DNA of 34,709 nt from Octopus bimaculoides. Taxonomy: Eukaryota. Position numbers and translations under genes: made by a program. Shown here in pieces: positions 10,430 through 21,639 of this stretch (the first letter of the stretch is position 1; each line of letters begins with the position of its first letter). The stretch spans positions 60,601,557 to 60,636,265 of the forward strand of contig NC_068990.1 in NCBI RefSeq assembly GCF_001194135.2, given 5' to 3'. The notes beneath the pieces were generated by a model. That model searched no databases, was not told the origin of the DNA, and was given only the letters and a program-made list of their open reading frames with translations.

Positions 10430-10640
10430 TTGTATTTTTCATTTGTTTCAGTCATTAGACTGCGGCCATGCTGGGGCACTGCTTGGAAGATTTTTTTAGT
10501 TGAATGAATTGACTCTAGTACCTACTTCTTTTAAGCCTGGTCACTTTTGTTAAACCACTAATTTACGAGGACGTAAACATACCAACACCGGTTCTCAAGC
10601 GGTGGTGGGAAATAGACACGAAAACACACACACGCTGACA
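10430..10640 (-). mobile_element. SINE type A, 3' half
   Basis: TGTTTCAGTCATTAGACTGCGGCCATGCTGGGGCAC...GGACGTAAACATACCAACACCGG. Confidence 0.85.
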
Positions 10641-10643
10641 CAT

Positions 10644-10984
10644 ATCTTTTATTCGTTTCTGTCATTAAACTGCGGTCATGCTGGGGCACCGCCTTTTTTT
10701 TTTAAGCTTCAATACTTATTCTTTTGGTCACTTTTGCCGAATCGCTAAGTTACGAAGATGTAAACACACTAACACCGATTGTTAAGCGGTGGTGGAGGAC
10801 AAACATGAATACAAAGCCAAATGCACGCACACACATATACGACAAGCTTCTTTCAGTTTCCTTTCACATGGCTTCGGTCGCCTCGAGGTTATTGCAAAGG
10901 ATATTTGCCCAAGGTGTCTCAGAGTGAAACTGAACCTGGAACCATGTAGTTGGGAAGCAAATTTCTTACCTCACAACCACGCCA
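10644..10984 (-). mobile_element. SINE type A, near full length
   Basis: Reverse complement of the tail, central CA run and head (CCCAAGGTG...GAACCTGGAACCATGT...CTTACCTCACAACCACGCC). Confidence 0.85.
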
Positions 10985-12424
10985 TATATATATAATTTTG
11001 TAGTATTGCGTAGCTGATGCTTTAAAACGAAAGGACAGGGTATAACGCACGCACACACACACAGCGAAAGAGAGAATGAGATGCTCACATACACGTAACA
11101 GAAAAACTCATACTTATTTGTGTACATAAGAAATAAACCGTGCGTGATTCAATGCTTAAGGAACATGAATAACTTTCAACAGTAAATAAGAAAATTATTT
11201 TTAGCGGGAGCTTACATTACTGACATAGTTTCTTTCCCCCATTTTACTCTACCCACCCCGCTTCCGTATCCATCTTAAACCATTATCCTTCTCCTTGTTC
11301 GCTTCTTCTTACCTTCTCATCTTCCCATTCACTTTCATCAACTCACTGTTTCACTATTTGACAAACCTCACTCCTGCAATAACATCTCCCAACCTCGCGT
11401 CTTACCTTAATCTTAATTTCCTCTACCCTATACTTTTCGATAGCGTTTACCCCCCNNNNNNNNNNCCACTTCCATTCTTATTCCATGTTTTTCTCTTTCT
11501 TTTCTCTTGACAGTCTATCTATCTATTTGTCTGTCTGTCTGTCTATCTATCTTGTTTCATCGTAATTTCCTCTGCTCTGCTCCCTTCCGCCATCCCATAT
11601 ATTGCTCACCCTTTCCGTTCCTTTCTTTCGTGCATCTCAATCGATTGAAAGATAAAAGCAGTAATCACTTCGGCTTTCTACGCACATCGATTTTTATAAC
11701 TTTTGAATTAGAGAGACGAATTCTAATCCCATCACCACCTCTATCCCTGCTCGCTCTCTTAAAGTTAACGAACCTCGTGTCATAGGATTTGATCTTGGCA
11801 CTAGAGACCACCATCAAAACATTGACTCCACTGTTATTTCGGTTGGTACACCCGCAGCGAAACCCTCTCCCTACCTCACCGCTGTCTCTCTCTCACTGCT
11901 AGGTGCACTTAAAGGCTTCGCCAATTTCAAGACATTTCTCTGTGCCATATAAGGGAACCTTTCGTCGATTTGGCTCTGTTAAACTTTTATTTGTTGACTG
12001 TTGACTAAAGTGAAAGATTATATGCTGCATTAGATTAGGTGTCCTAATTTGTTTGGGGATAGTTTTTGCTTACAGTAACTTACAAACTTGCTTATTCATA
12101 TTACGATAGAACGGCTGTGTCTATAGCTTCGCTGTTAATTCGGTAAATTTATCTTGCTAAATATGACGCCTGTAATTTCATCACCTGTAATTTCATCGCG
12201 AGTTAAAACACCATCAGTAAATTCATTGTCATACTTTTTATTAGCATGGTTAATTCGTCGCTGAAGATTTATCAACATTTTTATTCGAAAAGTAAGTATG
12301 TTGCGTATTGAATTAACAATGAAAACAGAATTCCAAGACAAAAAATTTCACCCTACCGTCCAAATATTTTAGGAATCCTAGAAAGAAAGCAATCAGGAAA
12401 CCAACTAATAATTCTTTCTATTAT

Positions 12425-12510
12425 AGGCACAAGGCTTGAAATTTGAAGGGAGAGGTAAGTCGATTACATGGACCGACGTAATTTGAATTCAGAACGTAAA
12501 AGAAAAAAAA
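12425..12510 (-). mobile_element. SINE type B, internally deleted remnant
   Basis: GGCACAAGGCTTGAAATTTGAAGGG...AAGTCGATTACAT...ATTTGAATTCAGAACGTAA. Confidence 0.55.
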
Positions 12511-12885
12511 ACGGATGAAGAGACCAACTAATAATGATCAATGTACAGCAATAACACATACACAAACATGTACGCGCACATACTCATGTAAAAGTGTACG
12601 CGCACACATATATGTATACATACATATATACGGGTGGGAGCAAAATTAGTAACGGGGGTAAGATGAGTAATTTCTGATTTCCTGTTACTGTCTCCCTACC
12701 TGTTTGAAATCATTAGATTGCAAGTATTGCATATTTATTTGTGCTGTTGCATCATCTCTTGGAATAAAAATTGGTCAGCATAGTTGTTGTTGTTGAGGTT
12801 TAAAGAGTTTGGAACATAGTCGAATGAGAGGTGCTTCTTTTTTCGAGGAATTTTTCCTCAAATTTGACACGATTGTAATTGAAGT

Positions 12886-13293
12886 TACTCTTTTACTTGT
12901 TTCAGTCATTTGACTGCGGCCATGCTGGAGCACCACCTTTAGTTGAGCAAATCGACCGCAGGACTTTGGAAGCCTAGTATTTATTCTATCGGTCTTTTTT
13001 GCCGAACCGCTAAGTTACGGGGACGTAAACACACCACCATCGATTGTCAAGCGATGTTGGGGGGGACAAACACAGACACAAACATATACACACAAACACA
13101 CACACATATATATATATATATATACATATATACGACGGACTTCCTTCAGTTTCCGTCTACCAAATCCACTCACAAGGCATTGGTCGGCCCGAGGCTATAG
13201 TAGAAGTCACTTGCCCAAGGTGCCACGCAGTGGGACTGAACCCGGAACCATATGGTTGGTAAGCAAGCTACTTACCACACAGCCACTCGTGCA
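12886..13293 (-). mobile_element. SINE type A, full length, well preserved
   Basis: All blocks present from the TACTCTTTTAC tail to the CTTACCACACAGCCACTC head. Confidence 0.92.
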
Positions 13294-13557
13294 TATCAGG
13301 ATAATTTTCGGTGCTTAACAATCAATATTCTTTTCTCTGTTGGATTCCAAGTCAATTTGTCCCCACAGTAATGACTGATTTGATAATTTTCAATTTTCAA
13401 AAAATAATGTCTAAGGTGGGGTAAAGTGAGTCATTACTAATTTGAGAAGTTTCTTCTCTTTAGCTGCATGGTGCGTAAATATTTCGGGAAGAGAGCCACT
13501 CCAGCAGATTGTGAAGAAGCTATAAAGAATATTTTATGTTGAAATGTTTTGGATTTA

Positions 13558-13772
13558 CCGCTATCTCTCGACTATCGCGTGTGTTACGTCCCAACCCCGC
13601 TCCCCACGATAGGTGAAAATCTGCGAAGTAGAAACAGTATTGTATTGTATGTACATTTTAAAAATTATTTTTATAACTTATATTTATTCATTTTATTATA
13701 AAGGCAAAGCAACACCACGTAGGAATCGACGTAAGCTTAAATAATAAAACGCGATATGGCGAGAGATTACTG
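13558..13772. mobile_element. Tigger-like MITE (215 bp) with TA TSD
   Basis: TA|CCGCTATCTCTCGACTATCGCG ... CGCGATATGGCGAGAGATTACTG|TA, plus internal CGATAGGTGAAAATCTGCGAAGTAG typical of Tigger-type ends. Confidence 0.75.
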
Positions 13773-15086
13773 TAGTCGAGTTTCGTTAATTTCATATCAT
13801 GTGCCATTTTTCCATGATCGTCGTTCATTTGACCTAGATATTTAAAACTGTTACATTTCTAATATTTCTTATGTCTAAAGTTGGATATCGTTGTGTCTTT
13901 GTGAGTCTATTTTCAAATGTATATCTGGAGAGCTGAAGAGACAAATTTACCTTATCTTAGCTTACTCATTTTGCTCCAGCTAAATTTATCTTTTATATAC
14001 TCAAATTTTTCTGAAATAGTGTTCAGATTATATTGTGGTTTTAATGCGTTTAGAGAAGTTTTTTTTTCTTAGCTGATATTAGTTTTTGTAAGGTTGTGAA
14101 CATATGCGTGTGTGTGTGTGTGTGAGACCATGCCTATTTTCTGTGATAAATGATACAATCTCAGACAGGTAACTAAATCGAAAAATGAGAAACCAAATCT
14201 GCAGAAGAATCTTTATGTTAACAGTCAAAATTAACTGAAGACAAGAAACCGTATAAGCTGCAGTTGAGTAAATAGGTAAAATTACAATAATATATGACCA
14301 TATTATTACAGAATGAATTTAGTTCTATATGATGATCTACTTTTATTACTCTGCACTATATCTACCATGATCGTAGTGTTACCATCCATTTGTTTTGTGC
14401 TCGCATACAAAATAAAGCCGGTATATTTATAATCTCCTGTCGAAACTTCTAAAGCAACAGCAACGCCTGTATCACGGCCTTAAAAATCCTGAAATTCATT
14501 TGTAATTCGTTTGGTGACAAACAAAAATATGTCCTTAAAACTAGTATTCCAGCTTAATGACAGTGTCGCGGTCTGTTGGTTGTCAGCTGATCTGTGGTGG
14601 TAACTGGTTGAGTTAATGAATGAAATACTTATGTTTCTTGGGCTGCATGTAGAAGTAACTGAAAAACACCCGCGATAATTTAACAGATTTTATTATCACA
14701 CATTAAGACAAACTGCTTTGTCTTTTCATAGGTAACAACAGCAATGATTACATACTGGGTGAGAGATACTGCTTGGAGTTTATGGCAAGTTATTGATACG
14801 GCAACATAAGCAGCTTGCTCAACATAGCTGGAAACAATTGTGTTATATTTGTGGAGACGGAGGTTTCTGTCATCTAACTGAGTCGTCTGGCTAGAAAAAA
14901 TGCACACTGAACGGCTTTTGGATAGAATCGGAAATCAAATTCTAGAATGTTCGAGAAAACCTGTCCATGCCATCACTTAACACTGATTGGTCGGTTAATA
15001 GACCGGATGACGAGAAAATATGGTGGTTTGTTCGTGATGTCTGACCATGTATCAAGGGATTCACTTTCGAATCCCCGCTACAAGAG

Positions 15087-15486
15087 TGTAGTAACGCCGT
15101 GCGCATGCGTAGTCTCACGCATGCGTGGAATTAAACAAGCAAGCGTTCCCGCTTTAATCTTTCTCTTTTACGGTCGGCCGACCATGAGCCCGGACGTGTC
15201 TGTAATACTCCAACCTTGAGACAGTCTCTTTACGTGTTAAGCTGTCTCTCTACATCTTTCGGACTTACGCTCGACAGCTCGCTTACAACTACAGAACAAC
15301 GTCCCAACAACTATGCTCATACACACAGAAGCTGTAACAGCAAGAACTAAAGATGTATATAATTACCACCTGAATAAATGTTGTTTAAGTTGATAGTCTG
15401 GAGTTCAGCGTTCCGTTATATTCTAAGTTTATAGTAGGAAAGTCAGGTATACGTCCTAAAGATGTATAACCCACTTTCATACTAAA
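15087..15486 (+). mobile_element. Solo-LTR-like element with TSD
   Basis: TGTAGTA...TACTAA(A) termini. AAGAG flanks both sides (15082-15086 and 15486-15490), giving a 4-5 bp TSD. AATAAA at ~15374. Homologous to 1-350. Confidence 0.7.
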
Positions 15487-15922
15487 AGAGCAAAGAAGCT
15501 GGCGAAAGGGCAGAATTTCGCCTCTTAGATTCGCAATGGGTTGCATTCACAAGCACTTGCAAGAATGAAAAAGTGCTTGTATAAATAATCATGAACAAGC
15601 ATTCTTAAAAAAAATCAGATGCATCTGCTCTTATGAAAGTCTTTCTATTGCATAAATTAGAACGGTTCAGTTTTTGGCCTTTAGTCATATAATGTACATA
15701 TTGCAACTGTAAACGTTACTTTTCTAAAATGTACACAAGGAACGCAAATAAAAGTTATTGAAACCAAGCAAACTAACAGAGGAGAATGAAAGCAGCAGCA
15801 CAGTATGGGATCTGCACACCTTATTGGGCAGCTATTTTATAAACATGTGTTTCCTGTAACTGAAAGTATGTTATATTTAAGGAAAGGTTGACCGATTGAG
15901 TTAGGGCACAAAGCGGCCAAAA

Positions 15923-16036
15923 TAGTGGCATAGCTAGAGTGTGTACTATCCAATGTAGGCCTGTAAAATCTTATGCAGCAGATCCCAAAATGCTAAAGTG
16001 TCGCCCGAAGCAAACTGCTCCCTATCTATGCTACTG
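15923..16036. mobile_element. hAT-type MITE (114 bp) with 8-bp TSD
   Basis: TIRs TAGTGGCATAGCTAG and CAGTAGCATAGATAG (12/15). Flanks GGCCAAAA and GACCAAAA (7/8). Confidence 0.75.
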
Positions 16037-16310
16037 GACCAAAACCTACACTACACCGTTAAATGAAAGTGCCTCTTCGACATCTTCTGTGCCATAGCAT
16101 CCCATGAGAATAAAAGATTACGTCCTATCAATTGGCATTGATCATCATTTGGACATACAATCAACTCCAAATCACTTGGGTAAAACGTCATTCTAACAAA
16201 TGAAAATTTTCAATATTTTGTCGAGAAGTTAGCTATGGACATAAAACAGTTGCTTCTTCCAGCAATGGCTGAGTCAGACTTTCAAGATGCTTTCATAAGA
16301 TAGCTTTAAA

Positions 16311-18286
16311 AGGGTGTTATGTCTTTTCGTCCGGTGTCACTTCGTCCACGTTTTTTCGTCCGATGTCTCTTTGGCTGTTGATTTTTCTGTCCAACGACAT
16401 TTTGTCCAATTTTAAATAAACTCTTTAGAAAACAAGGTGAAATATCTCTAATATATTCACAGAACTATAACGAGCCTCGTTATAGGATTATTGTTATCGT
16501 CCTGTTTCTCCTCTGTTAACAGTTTTACTTCCTCTTTTTCCTACTCTCTCTTAAGTACGGTGCTGTGTATAGAGTGCTGCAAATTTATTGTACACATTTT
16601 TAATTTACCCATCCTGAAATGATAAAGTTCATAATATCGACCAAAAACAAAAGGAAAGTAGTTGATCTACGATTCTCATTCAAGCAATACAAAACTAGGA
16701 AAAGAATACTGGAGATGTGAGAAAAGAAGTCTATGTTCAGTGCAAATTCACACCGTAATGGAAAACAATGAGCCGAAAATTATTTATTTTTCTAGTGAGC
16801 ACCTTCATGCAGCTGATGTAGATTCATTAAATGCTAGAAAACCAGTTGCAGAAATAAAGCATGAAGTGGTGGAAAACATAGCAGCAAGTTCGTGTAGTAT
16901 AATAAGCGGCTAAGTTTACGCAGCTAACAGAAAATACTTGCTCACACCTTCCTCGTTTGCCTGTACTTTCCAGAATTATTTAAAAGTGCTGACAAAAAAA
17001 AAAAGAAAAAAAAAAAAGAAAATCTCAGTTTCTCGCTAATTCAGAGGCTAGAACTGGTTTTGAAATATCTGAGGAATATTGTAAACTTGATAATGGCGAA
17101 CAGTTTCTGAGATACGATTCGGGTATCGAGGATCAACAGCACATGTTAGTATTTGCATCAGAAAGTGCTCTTCAGGACATAGCATCATATTGTCATTTGA
17201 CATATGATGGAACGTTCAAAATTGTGCCAGAAGAGTGGTTTCAACTGTTTAGCATTCATGTACAAGTTAAAGGTAGCAGTTTTCCACGGGTCTTTGCATT
17301 ACTGCCGAATAAAACAAAGCAGAGATATGAATTAGTTTTCGAGCAATTGTAAAATTATTCAACCTAATGCATATCTGCTTGATCTCATGGCAGATTTTGA
17401 AGTTGCAGTTCATAAGGCATTTAATTCATCATTCCCTAATTCATCTATCGTGCATGTTTGTTTCACTTGAGCCAATCAGTATTTCAAAAAATTACAGATT
17501 TAGGCTTCAAAGAAAAATACAATAAAGACTCTGAATTCTGTCTTAAAATTCGGTGTTTTTCAGCATTAACCTTCCTACCCATCGAAGGTGTCTATGAAGA
17601 ATTAATAGACGCTGAAGAAATACCTGCTGAATCCATCACTTACTTCAATTTGACTTATATAGGCATTGTGAGAGGATGTGGTGCTAGACGAAGGGGAGAA
17701 CCTCCTACATTCCCGATAGCTGTATGGCATGTTAGCCAGCATATTCTTCATAATCTTCCCAGAACAATAATGCTGCGGAGGGGTTTCATACTGCAATAAA
17801 GCGTTTGGAGCACATATGAATATTTGGAAATTAATCAAAACTCTGAAGGAAGAGGAAGAATTCGTTCAAGGTAGAATGACTCAAATTCTTCGAGGAGATC
17901 CATCAAATTCATGTACACGATAGCGAAGAATAACTGAAAACCTCAAAAGATTGTTCATTGAAAATGGGTCAACAAGAAAAATTGATTTTTTGAAGAGTGT
18001 GGCATATAATTTACATCAATTTTAAGTGATCATAATAAATCATTATTTATATCTTATTACTTTTTTAAAATACATTTTTCCACAGCATTTTACTTGAATC
18101 CTATCAATAAAATTCACAATGATTATTTAATTTTCATGTTCACCTTGTTTTCTGAGGAGTTTATTTAAAATTGGACTAAAAGTCGTTAGACAAAAAAAAA
18201 TCATAGGACAAAAAGACGTCGGACGAAAAGACATGTACGAAGTGATGTTGGACAAAGTGACATCAAACAAAAAGTCAGGTCACGCC
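16311..18286 (+). mobile_element. Full-length Mutator-like element (FLYWCH-MULE), decayed
   Basis: TIRs of about 130 bp built from TTTTCGTCC-like subrepeats, matching through ...GTCCAATTTTAAATAAACTC...AGAAAACAAGGTGAA. Flanks GCTTTAAAA and GCCTTAAAA. Confidence 0.9.
16619..18025 (+). pseudogene. FLYWCH zinc finger plus MULE DDE transposase pseudogene
   Basis: EYWRCEKRSLC...EHLH (FLYWCH), TYDGTFKIVP, ADFEVA, FHLSQSV and LPRT/NNAAEGFH motifs. Broken by stops, frameshifts and an A-run at ~17000. Confidence 0.92.
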
Positions 18287-18358
18287 TTAAAAGTAACCAA
18301 CAAAACCAAATATATCCACAACTGTTTTCACTGTGCCGTTGACTATCATGACTTACAT

Positions 18359-18612
18359 TAGTGCTTCTCAAACTATCTGATGTTGCGTACTGGCAGTTTT
18401 TTTTTCCTATGTGTCAGGAACCGGTAATATGAATTTATACCGGAAACAATATATNNNNNNNNNNGTTTTATCTTATATCTATTTTGTAAACAAATAATAC
18501 AATATTACATAAGCATTCTTTAATGTTTCTTTCTCTTCTGGAAACTCGCCGCGTACCAGCAGCTGATGGCACACGGTCAGGCACTGGTCCGCGGACTACC
18601 TGAGTACTACTG
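18359..18612. mobile_element. hAT-Charlie-like MITE spanning a small gap
   Basis: Left end TAGTGCTTCTCAAACT; right end in reverse complement CAGTAGTACTCAGGTAGTCCGCGGACC. Flanks ACTTACAT and ATCTACGT (5/8). Confidence 0.55.
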
Positions 18613-18830
18613 ATCTACGTGACAAACTCAATGACGTTTGCTTCTGTTGCTAACAAAATGGAGCATTAAAGCAGGTTTTGAATTAAATCTGAACAATGTC
18701 GTTTGTGCTTATGTAGAAAATAATTATGAGTCATGAATTTTTCCACATTCAACATTTATTATTGATATCCGCTTATGATTTGGCGTCGTAAATCAGTTTC
18801 ATATACATTTAGTTTTTAAAAGGTAAAAAG

Positions 18831-19146
18831 TAGAGACACCCTTCGGTCATGAATGACCATGGGAGTGCACCTAGAAAATTACCCTCCGAGGAACAAGTTC
18901 GAGCAAGGTTGTTTATGGAAGACTAGCAATTGCCCGTGTATATCAGGTTCCCTTCTCGACACCACCAATGTTATCCAAGGGAAAGGCCGATACAGTTTGG
19001 TACCACTGACGTTGCAACTCATTTCTACAGCTCAGTGAAATGGAACAACGTGAAATAAAGTGTCTTGTTCAAGAATACAACACACAGCCCAGTCCAGGAA
19101 TCGATATCACTACCGTATGATTGTGAGTCTGACGCTCTACCACTAA
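18831..19146 (-). mobile_element. SINE type D (head and core shared with type C, different 3' tail)
   Basis: AACGTGAAATAAAGTGTCTTGTTCAAG core, tRNA-like head at the right end, and CCCTTCGGTCATGAATGACCATGGG tail. Confidence 0.8.
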
Positions 19147-19159
19147 TTTAATATTTAGT

Positions 19160-21020
19160 ATGGCTGATAGTATGAAACCATTCCAAAGAGTACATAAAAT
19201 AGCATAGCTATCCTTTGGAATATTGGTTAAAATATCAATTTCAAGAGCAGAAAAAATTGTCGATGACATTGAGTATGAATATTTGATATAAACTATGAAT
19301 ACAATTTGTTCTTGGCAAAGCACAGCAACTGTATTTACAACAGAATTTCTCTGTTCTAAAACTGCTTGGCAAATAATTCTTGTCAGTAGCTCCTTTATAT
19401 CTTCAGTTGAATCAAGGTATGCGTCATTAGAAGGAGATGTTTTGACTGTAGATGAGATTCTTGATAATGTCAAATATTTTATCCTAGGATGCGACAGCCG
19501 CGTTGTTGTTGAATCAAGCTTCTAAAATTATTTGGTGATAAATCACTTGAGAATACACCAAACAATCGCTAAAGAAATCTAAAAGAGAAATCTGTGCTAC
19601 ATATTCTGTGTGGTTCGTATGCACAGGTTGATAAACCAAGCTGCAGGTATTGTTTCTGCTTCTAACAGGAAATGTTCGACCAAATAAAATTAACTTAAGA
19701 AATGACATATCTTTCATCAAAGAGGAAATACATCATTAATATAACTAATTAACTGAACTTTCACCAATGTCCAGCATTTTTTAATAATATTTAGCTAGCA
19801 TTTGTTACGTGACGTCAAGTTGCAATGCTGGTGCCGACTAAGTAAACTTTATCACTTAACTTCTTTTACAAGAGACAAAGAATGGATTGCAACAGATAGT
19901 GCTGAAGATATAGTTTAAATTGGCAGATCTTGTTGAAACATCATCATTCATGCATAAAGAGTTTAGTGAATATCTTCAATTTCCCGGTTAGTTATATATA
20001 TGTGACAGAGTAGCAATTTACAAAACGCTAAATTATTATACTGCCTTCATTTCATCAACGGTTCTTACCAGTACAATCAAAACTCCAAAGAGTATTAATA
20101 TCACGCACTGAAGTTTCATCTTTGTTTTCACTCGGAGTAACATCAGTTATCAGATATATATATTCAGATATATATATTGTCATCAGTATGGCCCCATTCA
20201 GATATATATATAGTCATCAGTATGGCCCCATTCATAACTAAATACCCTACTTGCTCCTTTGTCGAGCGAATGCATTGAAATAAATATTTAGCACAAGGCC
20301 AGCAATTTCGGGGGAGGTAGTAAGTTGGTAACATCGACCCCAGAACTCAGCTGGTACTTATTTTCTCACCGCCAATTGAAACATCTATTTTCATAGTTTC
20401 GATTGCATGATTCGGTTTCATTCAAATGTTCTGCACTGAGATAGTCTTTCATATTAATGACGAAAATCACTTTTGTTTCACAGGAATTAATAATGAAAAA
20501 AGATTAGAAACGTTTAAAGTTTGAAATTTTAGCCAATCGGAAGCCTCCATCATTGACACACTTGAAGTCATACTTGTCTGTCTCAATAACCAAGTGTTTG
20601 AACCAGTGTAAGCCATTGGGTAAAGGTTTAGGGATAAGATTATAGTTTAGGATTAGGATTAGTGGTTGAGGTTATAATAAGAGTTAGGTTTTAGGGTTAA
20701 TGGTGCTAGTCAAGTCTCTGGCAAAAAACTGTATGAGGACATAAGATTTCATTGTCCTTTCTTTATTTCGGAATTTTCATTACATTTTCTCCCTCATATC
20801 TAAAGATTATGTAACATTTTCATTTTATTAATTTTTCTTCTTTAAAGGGGTTTTGCAGTATTTTAATTTTATTTCACTAATCTCTCTATATTTATAATCC
20901 AACCCCATCTTTCTCTGTTTTACAATGATCTTATTTTCTTATCGTCAACTCATGGAAATTACAACTTCTGGTATGTCGACAATAGAGGCTACTGATTGGC
21001 TAACATTTCAAACATTAAAG
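19160..21020 (+). pseudogene. Possible decayed multi-exon gene fragment, product unknown
   Basis: Protein-like stretches with scattered stops and a run of GT/AG pairs whose phases are partly consistent. No family recognised. Confidence 0.25.
20284..20365 (-). mobile_element. SINE type B, 3' fragment
   Basis: GCACAAGGCCAGCAATTTCGGGGGAGG...ACATCGACCCCAG...CTGGTACTTATTTT. Confidence 0.7.
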
Positions 21021-21301
21021 GTTTGTAAATTTATTTATATTTGATTTTCTTCGAAAATGAATGTGATTGTCGTTATTAACATGCAAAACTAAATCAGAGT
21101 AGAAAATTTGAATAGAATTGGATGGCGCGAACGAAACCTTGATAATTCTGTACCTTGATTATTATTACGAGTCAGGTGTTTTTTAACATGCAGTTTAGTG
21201 TCCTAAAATAATGAAACTGCAATACCAGAAGTGACTACTGTGAAATCCTATAATTTTATTATTTTTATATAACAAAGAAGTGATGCATAAACCATGCACA
21301 C

Positions 21302-21610
21302 AGGCACAGGTGTGGCTGCGCGGTAAGAAGCTTGCTTTCCAGTTACATTAGTCCAGGTTCAGTCCCACTACGTAACACCTTGCGTAAGTGTCATGTACTA
21401 TAGCTTTGGGCCAACCAAAGCCTTGTGAATGGATTTGGTAGACGGAAACTATATATACATAAATATGTATATATCGGTTCGGCAGAAGAGACCATAGAAT
21501 AAATACCAGGCTTACAAAGAATAAGTCCAGGAGCGATTTCTTTGACTAAAAGGCAGTGCTCCAGAATGACCCCAGTCAAATTACTGAAACAAGTAAAAGA
21601 ATAAAAGAAT
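21302..21610 (+). mobile_element. SINE type A with central deletion
   Basis: Head GGCACAGGTGTGGCTG...GGTAAGAAGCTTGC, then GGATTTGGTAGACGGAAACT, a TA run, the 3' block and an (AATAAAAG) tail. Confidence 0.85.
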
Positions 21611-21639
21611 TTAGAAAATAAATGTACCTAGATATATAT

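Noticed and set aside
11810-11990. Possible CR1/L2 C-terminus (LKGFANFKTFL)
   Set aside because: Only one vague motif; not supportable.
1-15490. The inverted 350-400 bp pair as the ends of one giant TIR or DIRS element
   Set aside because: The right copy has its own TSD on both sides, and no tyrosine recombinase, RT or transposase tied to the pair lies between them.
15545-15610. Small inverted repeat AAGCACTT...AAGTGCTT, possibly a Harbinger-like MITE end
   Set aside because: Arms of only 8 bp, with no defined second terminus or TSD.
19069-19473. 134-aa minus-strand ORF
   Set aside because: It runs into a SINE, has no recognisable motif, and may be the antisense shadow of the decayed plus-strand sequence.
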